Shown here: in pieces, positions 9,386-24,100 of the stretch
How positions within the stretch are numbered: the first letter of the stretch is position 1
Layout of the letters: each line of letters opens with the position of its first letter
Source of the DNA: Planctomycetota bacterium
GTDB lineage: Bacteria; Planctomycetota; Phycisphaerae; Phycisphaerales; UBA1924
NCBI GenBank assembly: GCA_023432465.1
Contig: JAEYUO010000117.1
Coordinates: forward strand, 25,239-89,238
Reading direction: 5' to 3'
Length of the DNA stretch: 64,000 bases
Notes under the pieces: model-generated
Told to the model about the DNA's origin: nothing
Database searches by the model: none
What the model saw: the letters and a program-made list of their open reading frames with translations, nothing else
Made by a program: the position numbers and the translations under genes

Positions 9386-10588
9386 ATGAGCACCGGTCTC
9401 GCCAATCCTCAGACGCCCGCGGCCCGCCCGTTCTCCAAGGGTCTTGAAGGCATCACCGCCGCCGAGACCCGCATGTCGTTCATCGACGGCGAGAAGGGAA
9501 TCCTCGAGTACGTGGGGATTGAAATCGACGCCCTGGCTCGGAACTCGACCTTCGAGGAGACGGTGTATCTGCTCTGGAACCTCCGGCTCCCGACCAAGGA
9601 CGAACTCGCGGCGTTCACCGCCGACCTCCGCAACCAGTACGAGCTTCCCAGGGGGATGCTCGAGCGGATCCAGTCGTGCCCGAAGGATGCCGCTCCGATG
9701 CACGTGCTCCGCACGATGGTGAGCGCGCTGGCGATGACCGACCCCGATGCCGATGCCAATGACCTGGCATCCGCACGGAAGAAGTCGCTTGCCGTTCTCG
9801 CCCAGACGCCCGCGATCATCGCGGCTTTTGACCGCCACCGCCGCGGCGAGGCGTATGTGCCGCCCCGCAAGGACCTGACGTTTGCCCAGAACTTTCTGTA
9901 CATGCTCAACGGGAAGGAGCCCACGCCCGCGATGTCGCGTGCGTTTGACGTGTGCATGATCCTCCATGCGGATCACGGGCTGAACAACTCGACGTTCACT
10001 GCGAGAGTGATTATCAGCACGCTCTCGGATGTCTACTCCGCTCTGACGGGCGCGATCGGCTCTCTCCGCGGCCCGTTGCATGGCGGCGCAAACGAGGAAG
10101 TCATGGTGATGCTCGACGAGATCGAGCAGGAGGCCAAGAAGCAGGGCAAGCCGACGAGCGAGGTGATCGAGCCGTTCATCATGGACAGGCTCAAGCGTCG
10201 GCACGAGGGGGCCCGCATCATGGGCTTCGGCCATCGCGTGTACAAGACGATTGATCCGCGGGCGACCTTCCTCAAGACCTTCAGCAAGCAGATCGCCGCC
10301 GATACAGGCAACATGAAGCTCTACGAGATGTCGAGCGCGATCGAGGCGATCATGGCCCGAGAGGTCGGCGCCAAGGGCATCTATCCGAACGTCGATTTCT
10401 ACTCGGCGACGACGTATCACAGCATCGGACTGAAGCTCGATCTCTTCACGCCGATGTTTGCGATGAGCCGTATCAGCGGATGGGCCGGCCACGTGCTTGA
10501 GCAACTCGCCGACAATCGTCTGTATCGCCCGACGGCCTCGTATGTCGGCCCGCACGGTTCACCGTACGTTCCCATCGACAAGCGCTGA
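9386..10588 (+). CDS. gltA: Citrate synthase
   Basis: It carries 'ILHADHGLNNSTFTARV', 'GPLHGGANEEV' and 'GFGHRVYKTIDPRA'. Confidence 0.9.
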   Translation: MSTGLANPQTPAARPFSKGLEGITAAETRMSFIDGEKGILEYVGIEIDALARNSTFEETVYLLWNLRLPTKDELAAFTADLRNQYELPRGMLERIQSCPKDAAPMHVLRTMVSALAMTDPDADANDLASARKKSLAVLAQTPAIIAAFDRHRRGEAYVPPRKDLTFAQNFLYMLNGKEPTPAMSRAFDVCMILHADHGLNNSTFTARVIISTLSDVYSALTGAIGSLRGPLHGGANEEVMVMLDEIEQEAKKQGKPTSEVIEPFIMDRLKRRHEGARIMGFGHRVYKTIDPRATFLKTFSKQIAADTGNMKLYEMSSAIEAIMAREVGAKGIYPNVDFYSATTYHSIGLKLDLFTPMFAMSRISGWAGHVLEQLADNRLYRPTASYVGPHGSPYVPIDKR

Positions 10589-10591
10589 GAT

Positions 10592-11035
10592 TCAGCGGCC
10601 GAGCCGCGCAAGCATCGCATCCATGAGCGCCCGAGAGGCGGCCTCATCGCCGAAGGGCTCGGAGGTGAAGCTCACTCGGGGCTGCGCTCCGGCCAGGCTC
10701 GCCTCAAAAACGACCTTGTCAAGCCATCCGTCCCCGTGCGACTTGGCCTCGATCCGTGAGTGATCGGAGGTGGTGTCGGCCTTGGTGATGATGTACCCGC
10801 GGGAGCGGAGGGCGCTTTGGGCCGCCGCGGCGGCGGCCCGGACGCTGATCCCTTCGGGGAGGTCGGCCGAGAGCGATCGGAACTGGTAGGAGGCTTGGAT
10901 GTCGCGCCCGGTTCCGGCTCCCTCGATTCGGGCTTTGCAGCCGGTCAGGAGGATGCTGGCGAGGGCAATCGTGACCGCCACCCAGGCCGACAGGCTCAGG
11001 TATAGCCGCCATCGTGGGACTTTGTTGGTGGGCAT
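10592..11035 (-). CDS. Hypothetical lipoprotein
   Basis: The signal/lipobox 'VAVTIALASILLTGC' is present. I recognise no catalytic motif. Confidence 0.55.
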   Translation of the reverse strand: MPTNKVPRWRLYLSLSAWVAVTIALASILLTGCKARIEGAGTGRDIQASYQFRSLSADLPEGISVRAAAAAAQSALRSRGYIITKADTTSDHSRIEAKSHGDGWLDKVVFEASLAGAQPRVSFTSEPFGDEAASRALMDAMLARLGR

Positions 11036-11257
11036 GTGAGGCCGGGCGGGCGAATAGGGGGGTGGGGGTGGGGCGAGCGGACTGCCCGATCCGGCCCTTC
11101 AAGTTCGACCAGCGGGCACCCGGATCGCCACAAGATGGGGAGATCCTGCCCGGCCGGAGGTTGGCGGCTTGATCGGAGGGGGAGGTCAGCCTTTACTTCC
11201 GCCCTGTCGGAGGGGTTGGGCATAAAGAGCGTTCCCGCACGCGTTTTGAGGGTTTGC

Positions 11258-11530
11258 ATGGCGATTCGGATTAAATCCCGTGCCGGCGAAGGTGCCGAGC
11301 AGATGCTCCGTCGGTTCAAGAAGCTCTGTGAGAAGGAGGGGCTGACCAAGGACATCAAGCGGAAGGAGTTCTACGAGAAGCCTTCCGAGCGTGCCCGTCG
11401 CGATGCGCGCAAGTCCATCGCCCGCCGGCTCCGGGAGTCCGGGGTGCCGATGAAGGGCCGCAAGTTCGGTCCCGACAAGGACAAAGACAAGGATAAGGAC
11501 AAGGAGCGGAAGCCCGCTCCGCGTTACTGA
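11258..11530 (+). CDS. rpsU: 30S ribosomal protein S21
   Basis: An internal ATG of ORF 11036..11530 gives 'MAIRIKSRAGEGAEQMLRRFKKLCEKEGLTKDIKRKEFYEKPSERARRD', a classic S21 sequence. It has a Lys/Asp-rich C-terminal tail. Confidence 0.9.
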   Translation: MAIRIKSRAGEGAEQMLRRFKKLCEKEGLTKDIKRKEFYEKPSERARRDARKSIARRLRESGVPMKGRKFGPDKDKDKDKDKERKPAPRY

Positions 11531-11673
11531 GCTATCGCTTGTCCGCGTGGCCGCTTATGCCGCGGTTTGAGATCATCCAGCCTGACCCACGGCGGCGAAA
11601 GGGAAGCGGTTCCTTGCGCGGTGGTGTTGGTTTCAATCGGGCACATCTGTTGATTCTGCTCGATTCTGTCCGA

Positions 11674-14388
<2,715 letters not shown>

Positions 14389-14417
14389 GGCGGAGGCCAC
14401 CGGATCGGTTTCCACAG

Positions 14418-14451
14418 GGCCCCGGCAAATGCCGGGGCCTTTTCTTGTTTT
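14418..14451 (+). terminator. Rho-independent terminator between the two pyrophosphatase genes
   Basis: Stem GGCCCCGGC-AAAT-GCCGGGGCC followed by TTTTCTTGTTTT. Confidence 0.65.
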
Positions 14452-14495
14452 GGCCGGGGAGGGGGATAAACTGGGCTTCAAACGGAGACCAAACC

Positions 14496-17306
<2,811 letters not shown>

Positions 17307-17334
17307 GCCACCCGTCCATCCAGGCAAAAACAAC

Positions 17335-17375
17335 AACCCCCGGCCCATGAGGACCGGGGGTTGTGCTTTTCAGCG
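17335..17375. terminator. Bidirectional intrinsic terminator hairpin
   Basis: 10-bp stem CAACCCCCGG / CCGGGGGTTG. It is followed by TGCTTTTC on the + strand and by TTGTTGTTTTTGCC on the - strand. Confidence 0.6.
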
Positions 17376-17751
17376 TTCGGGCCAGGCCTTTTCGGGCCGA
17401 CTCCGTCGAGCGGCCGCACTCAGCGGCTTGGCCCCTTCAGACAATCCTTAAGCACTGGATCACCTCCTTCCCAAAAGACCTTCCGGCCATCACGGGGTTG
17501 TCTGCCCGCTGCCGGTGTTCTTTCCCGCGGACCGTCGCCCGCGGCTCATCGCCCGAGTTGTGATCATCAACCCGGTCGTCGCGATTCCCGGTCTTCGCCG
17601 AAGACGTGGTTCTCACGCCGCGGCGGGGCCGTTCCACGCGATTGCTTCCAACAGTATCGCCCACAATCGGGGCGACGCAACATTCTTCGTACGGAAAACA
17701 GGCATGGTTCGACAGATTCCGGCAATAGGTGGTCAAATCGGTGTCGGTTCG

Positions 17752-17949
17752 CTATCTCTCCAGATCGTCGAACGCGCCCTTGGCGGCCTGTTCATCCAGA
17801 TACTTCTGGAAATCGCCGGTTTTGTACGAGATGAAGCAGAAGGCGTGGTGCAGCGCGAGCCACTCCATGTCGCTGGGGTCTTCATCGAGGTCTTTTCGCA
17901 GCCGGTTCAGCTCTGCCAGAAACATCTCCGCCTTGATTGGCTTGGCCAT
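17752..17949 (-). CDS. Small acidic hypothetical protein (65 aa), last gene of the znu operon
   Basis: Internal ATG 17949 of ORF 17752..18033 is preceded by GGAGGTGA. The product begins 'MAKPIKAEMFLAELNRLRKDLDEDPSDMEWLALHHAFCFISYKTGDFQKYLDEQ...'. It starts 38 nt after the znuB stop. Confidence 0.5.
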   Translation of the reverse strand: MAKPIKAEMFLAELNRLRKDLDEDPSDMEWLALHHAFCFISYKTGDFQKYLDEQAAKGAFDDLER

Positions 17950-17986
17950 AGTCACCTCCATCAGGAGCGATCGTAGATCGGCCAGC

Positions 17987-18856
17987 TCAGGCCGCCGCGC
18001 GACGGGAGCCTGCCCATCCCCATACCGCCGCAAGGGCGAACATCAGCGTCAGGACGAGCACCATGCTCGGCCCCGCCTGCCAGTTCAGTTCGATGCTCGC
18101 AATGAACCCGCCGATCAGCCCTGCGACGCCCGCACCTACGGACAACGCAACCACGGCCCACAGCCGATCGCTCAGTCGAAGCGCGATCGCACCCGGCAGG
18201 ACGAGCAGCGCTGTGGCGAGGATGACCCCTGCGAGTTTCATCGCCGTCACCACGGAGAGAGTCAGCAGGATCATCAGTGTCAGCTTCATGCGCTTCGCGG
18301 GCACACCAAAGGCCGCCGCCGAGTCCTCATCGAATGTCCAAAAGAGCATGGGTCTCCGCCACCACCACGCCGCGAGGGCAATCGCGCTCGCAAGCGCCCA
18401 GCCCGCCATGGCTTCGCGTTCTCCGGCAACGAGGATGGATCCGAACAGGATCGACTCCCAGCTTGTCTGCGAGCCGCTCGCCTGCACGAGCACCGCACCA
18501 AGGGCCATCGAGCCCACGAGGAACAGGCCGATCGCGGTGTCCACCGGCGTGGTTCGGCGGTCTGAGACGCTCGCCATGCCGAGCGCGGCGGCGATGCAGA
18601 ACGCGACGATGACGGCAAACTCCGCCGCGCCGCCGGGGCTGATCCACCCGGCCGCGCCGAGCACCGCGGCGATTCCGATGCCGCCGAACGCCGAGTGGCT
18701 CACCCCCTGGCCGACGAATCCGAGTCTCTTGACCACCACCAGCGGGCTCAGGATCCCGCACATGACGGTGACGCTGAGGCCCGCGACGAGGGCGGTGAGC
18801 ACGATGTGCCGCATGTCGGCAAGGTCGGGATCGGTCAGCAGGGCATAAGTCTCCAT
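17987..18856 (-). CDS. znuB: Metal (Zn/Mn) ABC transporter permease, ABC-3 family
   Basis: It is a polytopic membrane protein with 'ILSPLVVVKRLGFVGQGVSHSAFGGIGIA'. It is adjacent to the ATPase and TroA-like binding protein genes. Confidence 0.8.
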   Translation of the reverse strand: METYALLTDPDLADMRHIVLTALVAGLSVTVMCGILSPLVVVKRLGFVGQGVSHSAFGGIGIAAVLGAAGWISPGGAAEFAVIVAFCIAAALGMASVSDRRTTPVDTAIGLFLVGSMALGAVLVQASGSQTSWESILFGSILVAGEREAMAGWALASAIALAAWWWRRPMLFWTFDEDSAAAFGVPAKRMKLTLMILLTLSVVTAMKLAGVILATALLVLPGAIALRLSDRLWAVVALSVGAGVAGLIGGFIASIELNWQAGPSMVLVLTLMFALAAVWGWAGSRRAAA

Positions 18857-18858
18857 GC

Positions 18859-19776
18859 TCAGGCTTGCCCCTTTCGTTTGGCGCTCACGCCAAGCTGAAC
18901 GGGCGGCCCAGCCGCGGGGATGTGCTCATGCTCTTCGGTGCAGCACTCAGCGGCGCTGTGGGCGTGCACGTGCATCCCCGTCAACGTTCCCGGCGCGCCG
19001 GCGACCTCATGGCTGAAGAGCTCGGCGAGAACTTGCGGGGTCAAACCCTGCGGAGCGGCATGCGCGTGCAGGCGACGCGCCAGGCAGGCGACGCGGTCGC
19101 TGCCCGCGACGATCGCACGAAGGTCGTGGCTGACCACGATCATGGTGACGGCCATTTCGGCATGCACCCTCGCGAGCAGATCCGCAAACACTCTCTGGCC
19201 GACGGCATCGATTCCGACCATGGGCTCATCCAGCACGAGAATCCGCGCCTGGGCGGCGAGCGCTCGCGCGATCATCACCCGCTGGAGCTGTCCACCGGAG
19301 AGCTTGCCGGCGGGCCTGTCGGCGAAGTCGGTCGCGCCGACGAGTTCGATCATGTGTGCAACCCGCTGGCGTGTTGCCGCGGTGATTCTCTGCCATGGTC
19401 TGCATCGCCATGCAGCGCCGAGCGTGACGAGCTCGCGGGCTGACATGGGCATGCCGAGTTCGGCCTCCAGCCGCTGGGGCACATACCCGATCACACCGGC
19501 TCGTCGCGCCTGATCGGGGGGCATGCCGAGCACCCGGATCGTGCCGGTGTTTCCGCGGAGCAGACCCAGGCAGAGCTTGAGTAGTGTGCTCTTGCCACCG
19601 CCGTTGGGTCCGAGGATGCCGAGCCGCTCGCCTTGATTGACGCGCAGGCTGATGTTGTCGAGCACGCTCCCCTCGTGCCCGGGATAGGCAAAGCTCACGC
19701 CGGTGCACTCAACGGCCGGAGGGCCTTGAGCGGTGGTGGGCGCGGAGGAAGCAGGGTTTGAAGCGGTGGGGGGCAT
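18859..19776 (-). CDS. znuC: Metal ABC transporter ATP-binding protein with His/Cys-rich tail
   Basis: Walker A 'GPNGGGKSTLLK', signature 'LSGGQLQRVMIARAL' and Walker B 'ILVLDEP' are present. The C-terminal tail reads 'HVHAHSAAECCTEEHEH'. Confidence 0.85.
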   Translation of the reverse strand: MPPTASNPASSAPTTAQGPPAVECTGVSFAYPGHEGSVLDNISLRVNQGERLGILGPNGGGKSTLLKLCLGLLRGNTGTIRVLGMPPDQARRAGVIGYVPQRLEAELGMPMSARELVTLGAAWRCRPWQRITAATRQRVAHMIELVGATDFADRPAGKLSGGQLQRVMIARALAAQARILVLDEPMVGIDAVGQRVFADLLARVHAEMAVTMIVVSHDLRAIVAGSDRVACLARRLHAHAAPQGLTPQVLAELFSHEVAGAPGTLTGMHVHAHSAAECCTEEHEHIPAAGPPVQLGVSAKRKGQA

Positions 19777-19817
19777 GCGTACTCGCGCCGCGGGGAAACG
19801 GTCCCGCCGCGGAGAGT

Positions 19818-20819
19818 TTACTCGCTCTTGGCGGGCTTCCGCCCGAGCCCCTTCTCCAGCGACGCAAGATTTGATTCCATCATGCGGAACCAGTCGCCAT
19901 CTCCCAGGGGATCAAGCAGGAGCACGGGCACCTTGGTGCGTTCGGCGATTCGCTTGCCCGCCGCCTGAGAAAGCTGAGGCTCGACAAAGACGGCCTTTGC
20001 ACCTCGCTGGCGGATCGCGGCGATCGCGGCCTGAACAGCCTTGTTGGTCGGCTCCTGGGCGTTCAGCCCCGCGATGGCGATGGTGCTGAGTGAGTAGCGT
20101 CGTGACATCCAGCCATAGGCGTCGTGCCCAACCACGAGCGTGCGCGTTTCGGCGTTGTCCGCCGCATCGCGATACGCGGCATCGAGAGCGTCGATCCGGT
20201 CGGCGAGCTGCCTGGCAGAGGCCAGGACCGGGTGCTCAGTCTCGGCGGATTCGCTGGCCGGAAAGCGCTTGGCCAGCTCGGGAGCCAGCTTCTCCACAAA
20301 CTTCTTCACCATGCCGGGGTCGAGCCACAGGTGCGGGTCCACCGCGCCGTGCAGACACTCTCCGTTGGGCCCGTGAGCGTGGGCGGCGTGGTCATTCGGA
20401 TCGGCCTGAACATCCACCAGGTCCGCCATGGTGACGGCCATGCGCGAATCGCTCGGGTTGTTCTTCAGGAACTTGTCGATCTGCGGCTCAAGACCGAGTC
20501 CGATGGTGATCACGAGATCCGCCCGGGTGATCGCCGTCAACTTCGCCGGCGGGATCTCGTAGCCGTGCTCGCTCACGCCGGGCGGGATGAGCATGTCCAC
20601 GGTGCTGCCACCGGGGAGGAGGGGCTGGATCAATCCCCGAAGGGGGGCGATCGACACCACGACGCGGAGGGGCCGCCACGTCGCTGTGGCGCTCTCCGGG
20701 GTGGCTGACGCCGCCGCGGGCTGAGCCTGCGACTGGAAAGACCCTGCGAGCCCCTGAGGAACGAAGGCGAGGGAGAGGGCCAGAGCAGCAAGAACGTGCC
20801 GGTTGAAGGTTCGGATCAT
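19818..20819 (-). CDS. znuA: Periplasmic metal-binding protein (TroA/ZnuA family)
   Basis: It has a signal peptide, 'SEHGYEIPP', the His-rich loop 'DPNDHAAHAHGPNGECLHGAVDPHLWLD' and 'GHDAYGW'. Confidence 0.8.
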   Translation of the reverse strand: MIRTFNRHVLAALALSLAFVPQGLAGSFQSQAQPAAASATPESATATWRPLRVVVSIAPLRGLIQPLLPGGSTVDMLIPPGVSEHGYEIPPAKLTAITRADLVITIGLGLEPQIDKFLKNNPSDSRMAVTMADLVDVQADPNDHAAHAHGPNGECLHGAVDPHLWLDPGMVKKFVEKLAPELAKRFPASESAETEHPVLASARQLADRIDALDAAYRDAADNAETRTLVVGHDAYGWMSRRYSLSTIAIAGLNAQEPTNKAVQAAIAAIRQRGAKAVFVEPQLSQAAGKRIAERTKVPVLLLDPLGDGDWFRMMESNLASLEKGLGRKPAKSE

Positions 20820-21016
20820 ACCTGTAGTATTGCCGGGACCACTGCTAGATGCAACTCAGTGGCGTTAAGGATCGGCGTGTCGGGCTTTCCGCGTCCATGG
20901 GTTCAAAGCCCGAGAAGTCCGACCAAGGGCGGCGGGCTGCTGGAAGAAGACGGGGCAAGCCGGGATCTGCTTGACGCTGCCCCTTTCAGGACTTACGGTG
21001 TTCTCCTGCCAACCCC

Positions 21017-21097
21017 GGCCGAGTGCCCGAGTGGTCTAAGGGGACGGATTGCAAATCCGTTGCGCAAGCTTCGTGGGTTCGAATCCCACCTCGGCCT
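21017..21097 (+). tRNA. tRNA with anticodon GCA (Cys) but class-II-like body (12-nt variable region)
   Basis: Hand fold. Acceptor stem is GGCCGAG/CTCGGCC. D arm is CCCGAGTGGTCTAAGGG. Anticodon stem is ACGGA/TCCGT with loop TTGCAAA. Variable region is TGCGCAAGCTTC. T arm is GTGGG-TTCGAAT-CCCAC. The discriminator is T and no CCA is encoded. Confidence 0.8.
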
Positions 21098-21109
21098 TTC
21101 GGCAGACAC

Positions 21110-21140
21110 AACCCCCGCCCGTCGGGGGTTGTTCGTTTTT
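21110..21140. terminator. Hairpin terminator between the tRNA and the convergent giant gene
   Basis: Stem AACCCCC / GGGGGTT with a 7-nt loop, followed by GTTCGTTTTT on the + strand. Confidence 0.55.
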
Positions 21141-21158
21141 GGTTCGGAGCCCGATCAT

Positions 21159-24100
21159 TCAGGGGGCCCGGGTCAACTCCCGGATCCGGATGTTGCGGAA
21201 GCGCGCCCGGAGCTCGTCAGCCCGATCGCCGACGCTGTGGACCTGCAGGGCGATGCGTCCGCTCTGATCCAAGGCGTCAAACACATCCGCCGCGGGGATA
21301 CCGTTGAGCCATGTGCGGAGGCTCGGTCCGACCGCGACGATTCGCAGTTGGTTCCAGTCGTCGGACTTGAGAGCTCCGCGTGCGGCGGGGTTGTCGATGA
21401 GGGGATAGATCCAGCCGCGGCGTCCTTCGTCATAGATCCCGCCTGTGTACGCACGGGAGGTGGGATCGATCTCGACCTGATAGCCGACGAGCCGTCCGTC
21501 GCGGTTTGCAAAGCCGCCATCGACGGCGCTGCGGATCTGGATGCCGGAGTTGAACTCTGCATCGATCTTGAACTCGACGAGTAACTCGAAGTCTGCGTAC
21601 TCCTGTGTCGACACGAGAAACGTGTTCGGCGAGTTGGGTCTGGATGTGCCGACGATCGCGCCATCGTGTACCTGGAAGTCCGCATTGCCGCCGCGGACCG
21701 CCCACCCTTCAAGAGACTCGCCATCAAAGAGCGACCGCCATGGCCCCGGGCTTGAGGGAACAGGATCAAGAGGCGCGATCCAGACATTGCGGTATCGAAC
21801 CGGGCCTTCGGCTGCGGAAGCGTGGTCCTGAAGCCGGAGCGAGCCGACTTGCATCGGGAGGGTCGAGCGCTCCGCCCCGCCCGCCGCGGACCCTGTGGGG
21901 CCATTGACCTCAACGTCATCATGGATGAGGATGCCGTTCCAGTAGGCGGTGATCCGCGCGTTTGAGACTTTCTTGCCATCTTCGAAGCGGGGTGCGCGGA
22001 ACCAGATGTCGTAGGCCTGCCATGCCCCGGGCCCGGTCGAGGCATTGACCGAGGCGGGTTTGAGGTTGTAGATCGCTCCGGCTTCGTTGGCCTGGAGCGC
22101 ACGATCGCCCGCGAGCGTTCCGAGAACCTGGATTTCGTAGCGTTCCTGGAGGTACACGCCGCTGTTGCCGGCCATCTGGCCCTCGCCTCCGGGCGGCGAG
22201 TACCACTCCACGTGCAGTCGACAGTCGCCGAAGGCGTTGCGAGAGATGAGGTCGCCGGATCCGTTGCCGACTTCGACATACTCCGGCGCGGCGAGGATGT
22301 CCGCCTGTGAGCGCCCATCGGTGGGGCGATCCTTGAGCCGGGGCGCGAACTCGCAGGCGTTGCGGGCAGCGCGGCCGATGAGCACCGCGGCATCCGCGGG
22401 CGGGGGAACACCCACGCCCACACCGGACACCGTGGGATCGATCGGCGTACCGGCGAGGTTCGATGGGGCGGGAGGAGCCTGTGCGGGAATCTGGTTGAGG
22501 GTGTACCACGCTTCGGTAGACCACATGACATCGCCATCGACCGACTTCGGGTCGGTGCGCAGGAGGATGCAGGAGTCGGGCCTCAGCCCCTTGATCGTGA
22601 GCCGCACCGTCAGTCCGTCCGCCGACGGTGCGGCAGAGGTGATCTCGAGCTTCTGTTCCCGAGACTTCGGTCCGCCGTATTCCTTGGTGTGGATGTAGCC
22701 CCACTGGGAAGCGGTGAAGTTTGAGACATCTGAAAGCCAGGCGCGGTCGACCGGCTTGGTGAAGCGGATCTCGAACCCGTCTGCAAGGGCAGACACAGAG
22801 TGCATCTCGAAAGTGACAGTGTCGTTGGGGACGAGACGGTCCAGCCCGGATCGCTTGTCTTCCCAGGACCAGTTGCCACTTGCGCCGATGCCACCGGCGT
22901 AGAGCGCCCCGTCTGGTCCCCATGCCAGGCGGTTGATTCCGCAAGAGAGGCCCTGTGTGAATCGGAAGGCCGCGCCCTGCCAGACGCCGTTGACTTTCTC
23001 GAGCGCGACGCGACGAATGCCGCCGGCGGTGATCTCGCCGACGAACATCTGCCCGGCGTATGGGCCGCGATCGATCAGGAGCGGCTGGCTGGGCGAGTTG
23101 GCCAGTTCATTCTGAGGGAGGTAGATCGCCGTGGGCGCGCGGAGACGGTCGCCCCATGCGCTCGGCGAGCCGCCAGAGGGGAACCGCTCGGCGAGCTTCG
23201 GCACGAACTCGGTGTTGTTGTAATGGCCGAAGAACCTGCCCGGCACGACCTCTCCGAGTTGACTCGTGGACATCCATACGCCCTGGTTGTCGGAGTAGAA
23301 CATCGTGCCGGCAGGGCCCCAACCGATGCCGTTGGGCGTGCGCGTGCCCGCGGCGATGACACTGAAGGTTCCGGATGCGATGTCGGCTTCGATGATGCAG
23401 CCGCGCAGGGGACCGTTGGGGCCTGCGTTGGTCCCCATGCCCTCCCACGCGGGGGGCGCCATCGCCGTCGAGAGCGCGGCGTAGAGCTTGCCATCGCCAT
23501 GCAGCAGCCCGAAGGTGAACTGGTGGTAGTTCCAGCATTCCCAGCCGGAAGCGATGTCGCGGCGAGATTCGAAGAAGCCGTCGCCATCGGTGTCGGTGAG
23601 TTCTGAGATCGCGCAGCGATGAGAAACGTAGAGTTTGTCACCGACGGCCACAAGGCCGGAGGGTTCAAAGAGCCCGTCGGCGATGGGCACCACCTGCACC
23701 TTCGAAGGATCTCCCGTCGTGACATTGCTCAAGGCGTAGAGCTTGTCGGGGACTTTCGACTCGATGTCGGGCAGGTCGGTTTCGGTTCTTTGGAGCGGAC
23801 TGAAGGTGCCGACGACCAGCCGCCCGTCAGGCAGAAAGCACATCGCTCCGACTTTCGGAGAGAAATCCGGAGGCAGGATTGGTGTGAGCGTGAATGACGG
23901 ATGCACGCCCTCGACGGGCCGGCCATCGCCCGGGCGCCCCTCTTCAAACAGGCTCTTCACGCCGGGCGAGGTGACCCGCGCGGCATCGGCATCGGTTGAC
24001 AGCACCTCGGGCGTGATGAGCGAGAACTCGGGTGCGCCGGGGGGCTTCCATTCGAGGCGCAGCATGCGCCGTCCTCCGGAATCGAAGTGCTCGACCAGCA

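Noticed and set aside
11044-11074. G-run cluster (GGGCGGGCGAATAGGGGGGTGGGGGTGGGG) upstream of rpsU as a potential G-quadruplex.
   Set aside because: G-runs are expected fairly often in 65% GC DNA. Nothing else points to a function.
11474-11506. Short GACAAG-type tandem DNA repeat.
   Set aside because: It simply encodes the Lys/Asp-rich (KDKDKDKDKE) C-terminal tail of ribosomal protein S21. It is not a CRISPR array or a regulatory repeat.
17456-17469. Possible rRNA gene fragment, suggested by the match to the 16S 3' end.
   Set aside because: Only 14 nt match. The flanks lack the conserved upstream 16S sequence (e.g. GTCGTAACAAGGTA), so it is not an rRNA gene or pseudogene. It is reported as an isolated motif in the findings.
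17437-17736. 99-aa - strand ORF with a Cys-rich N-terminus ('CRNLSNHACFPYEECC') downstream of the znu operon, considered as a possible metal-binding protein.
   Set aside because: It has a TTG start with no RBS. Its third-position GC is visibly lower than in real genes of this window. Its middle is highly charged and low in complexity. There is not enough support to call it a gene, although Ribo-seq could revive it.
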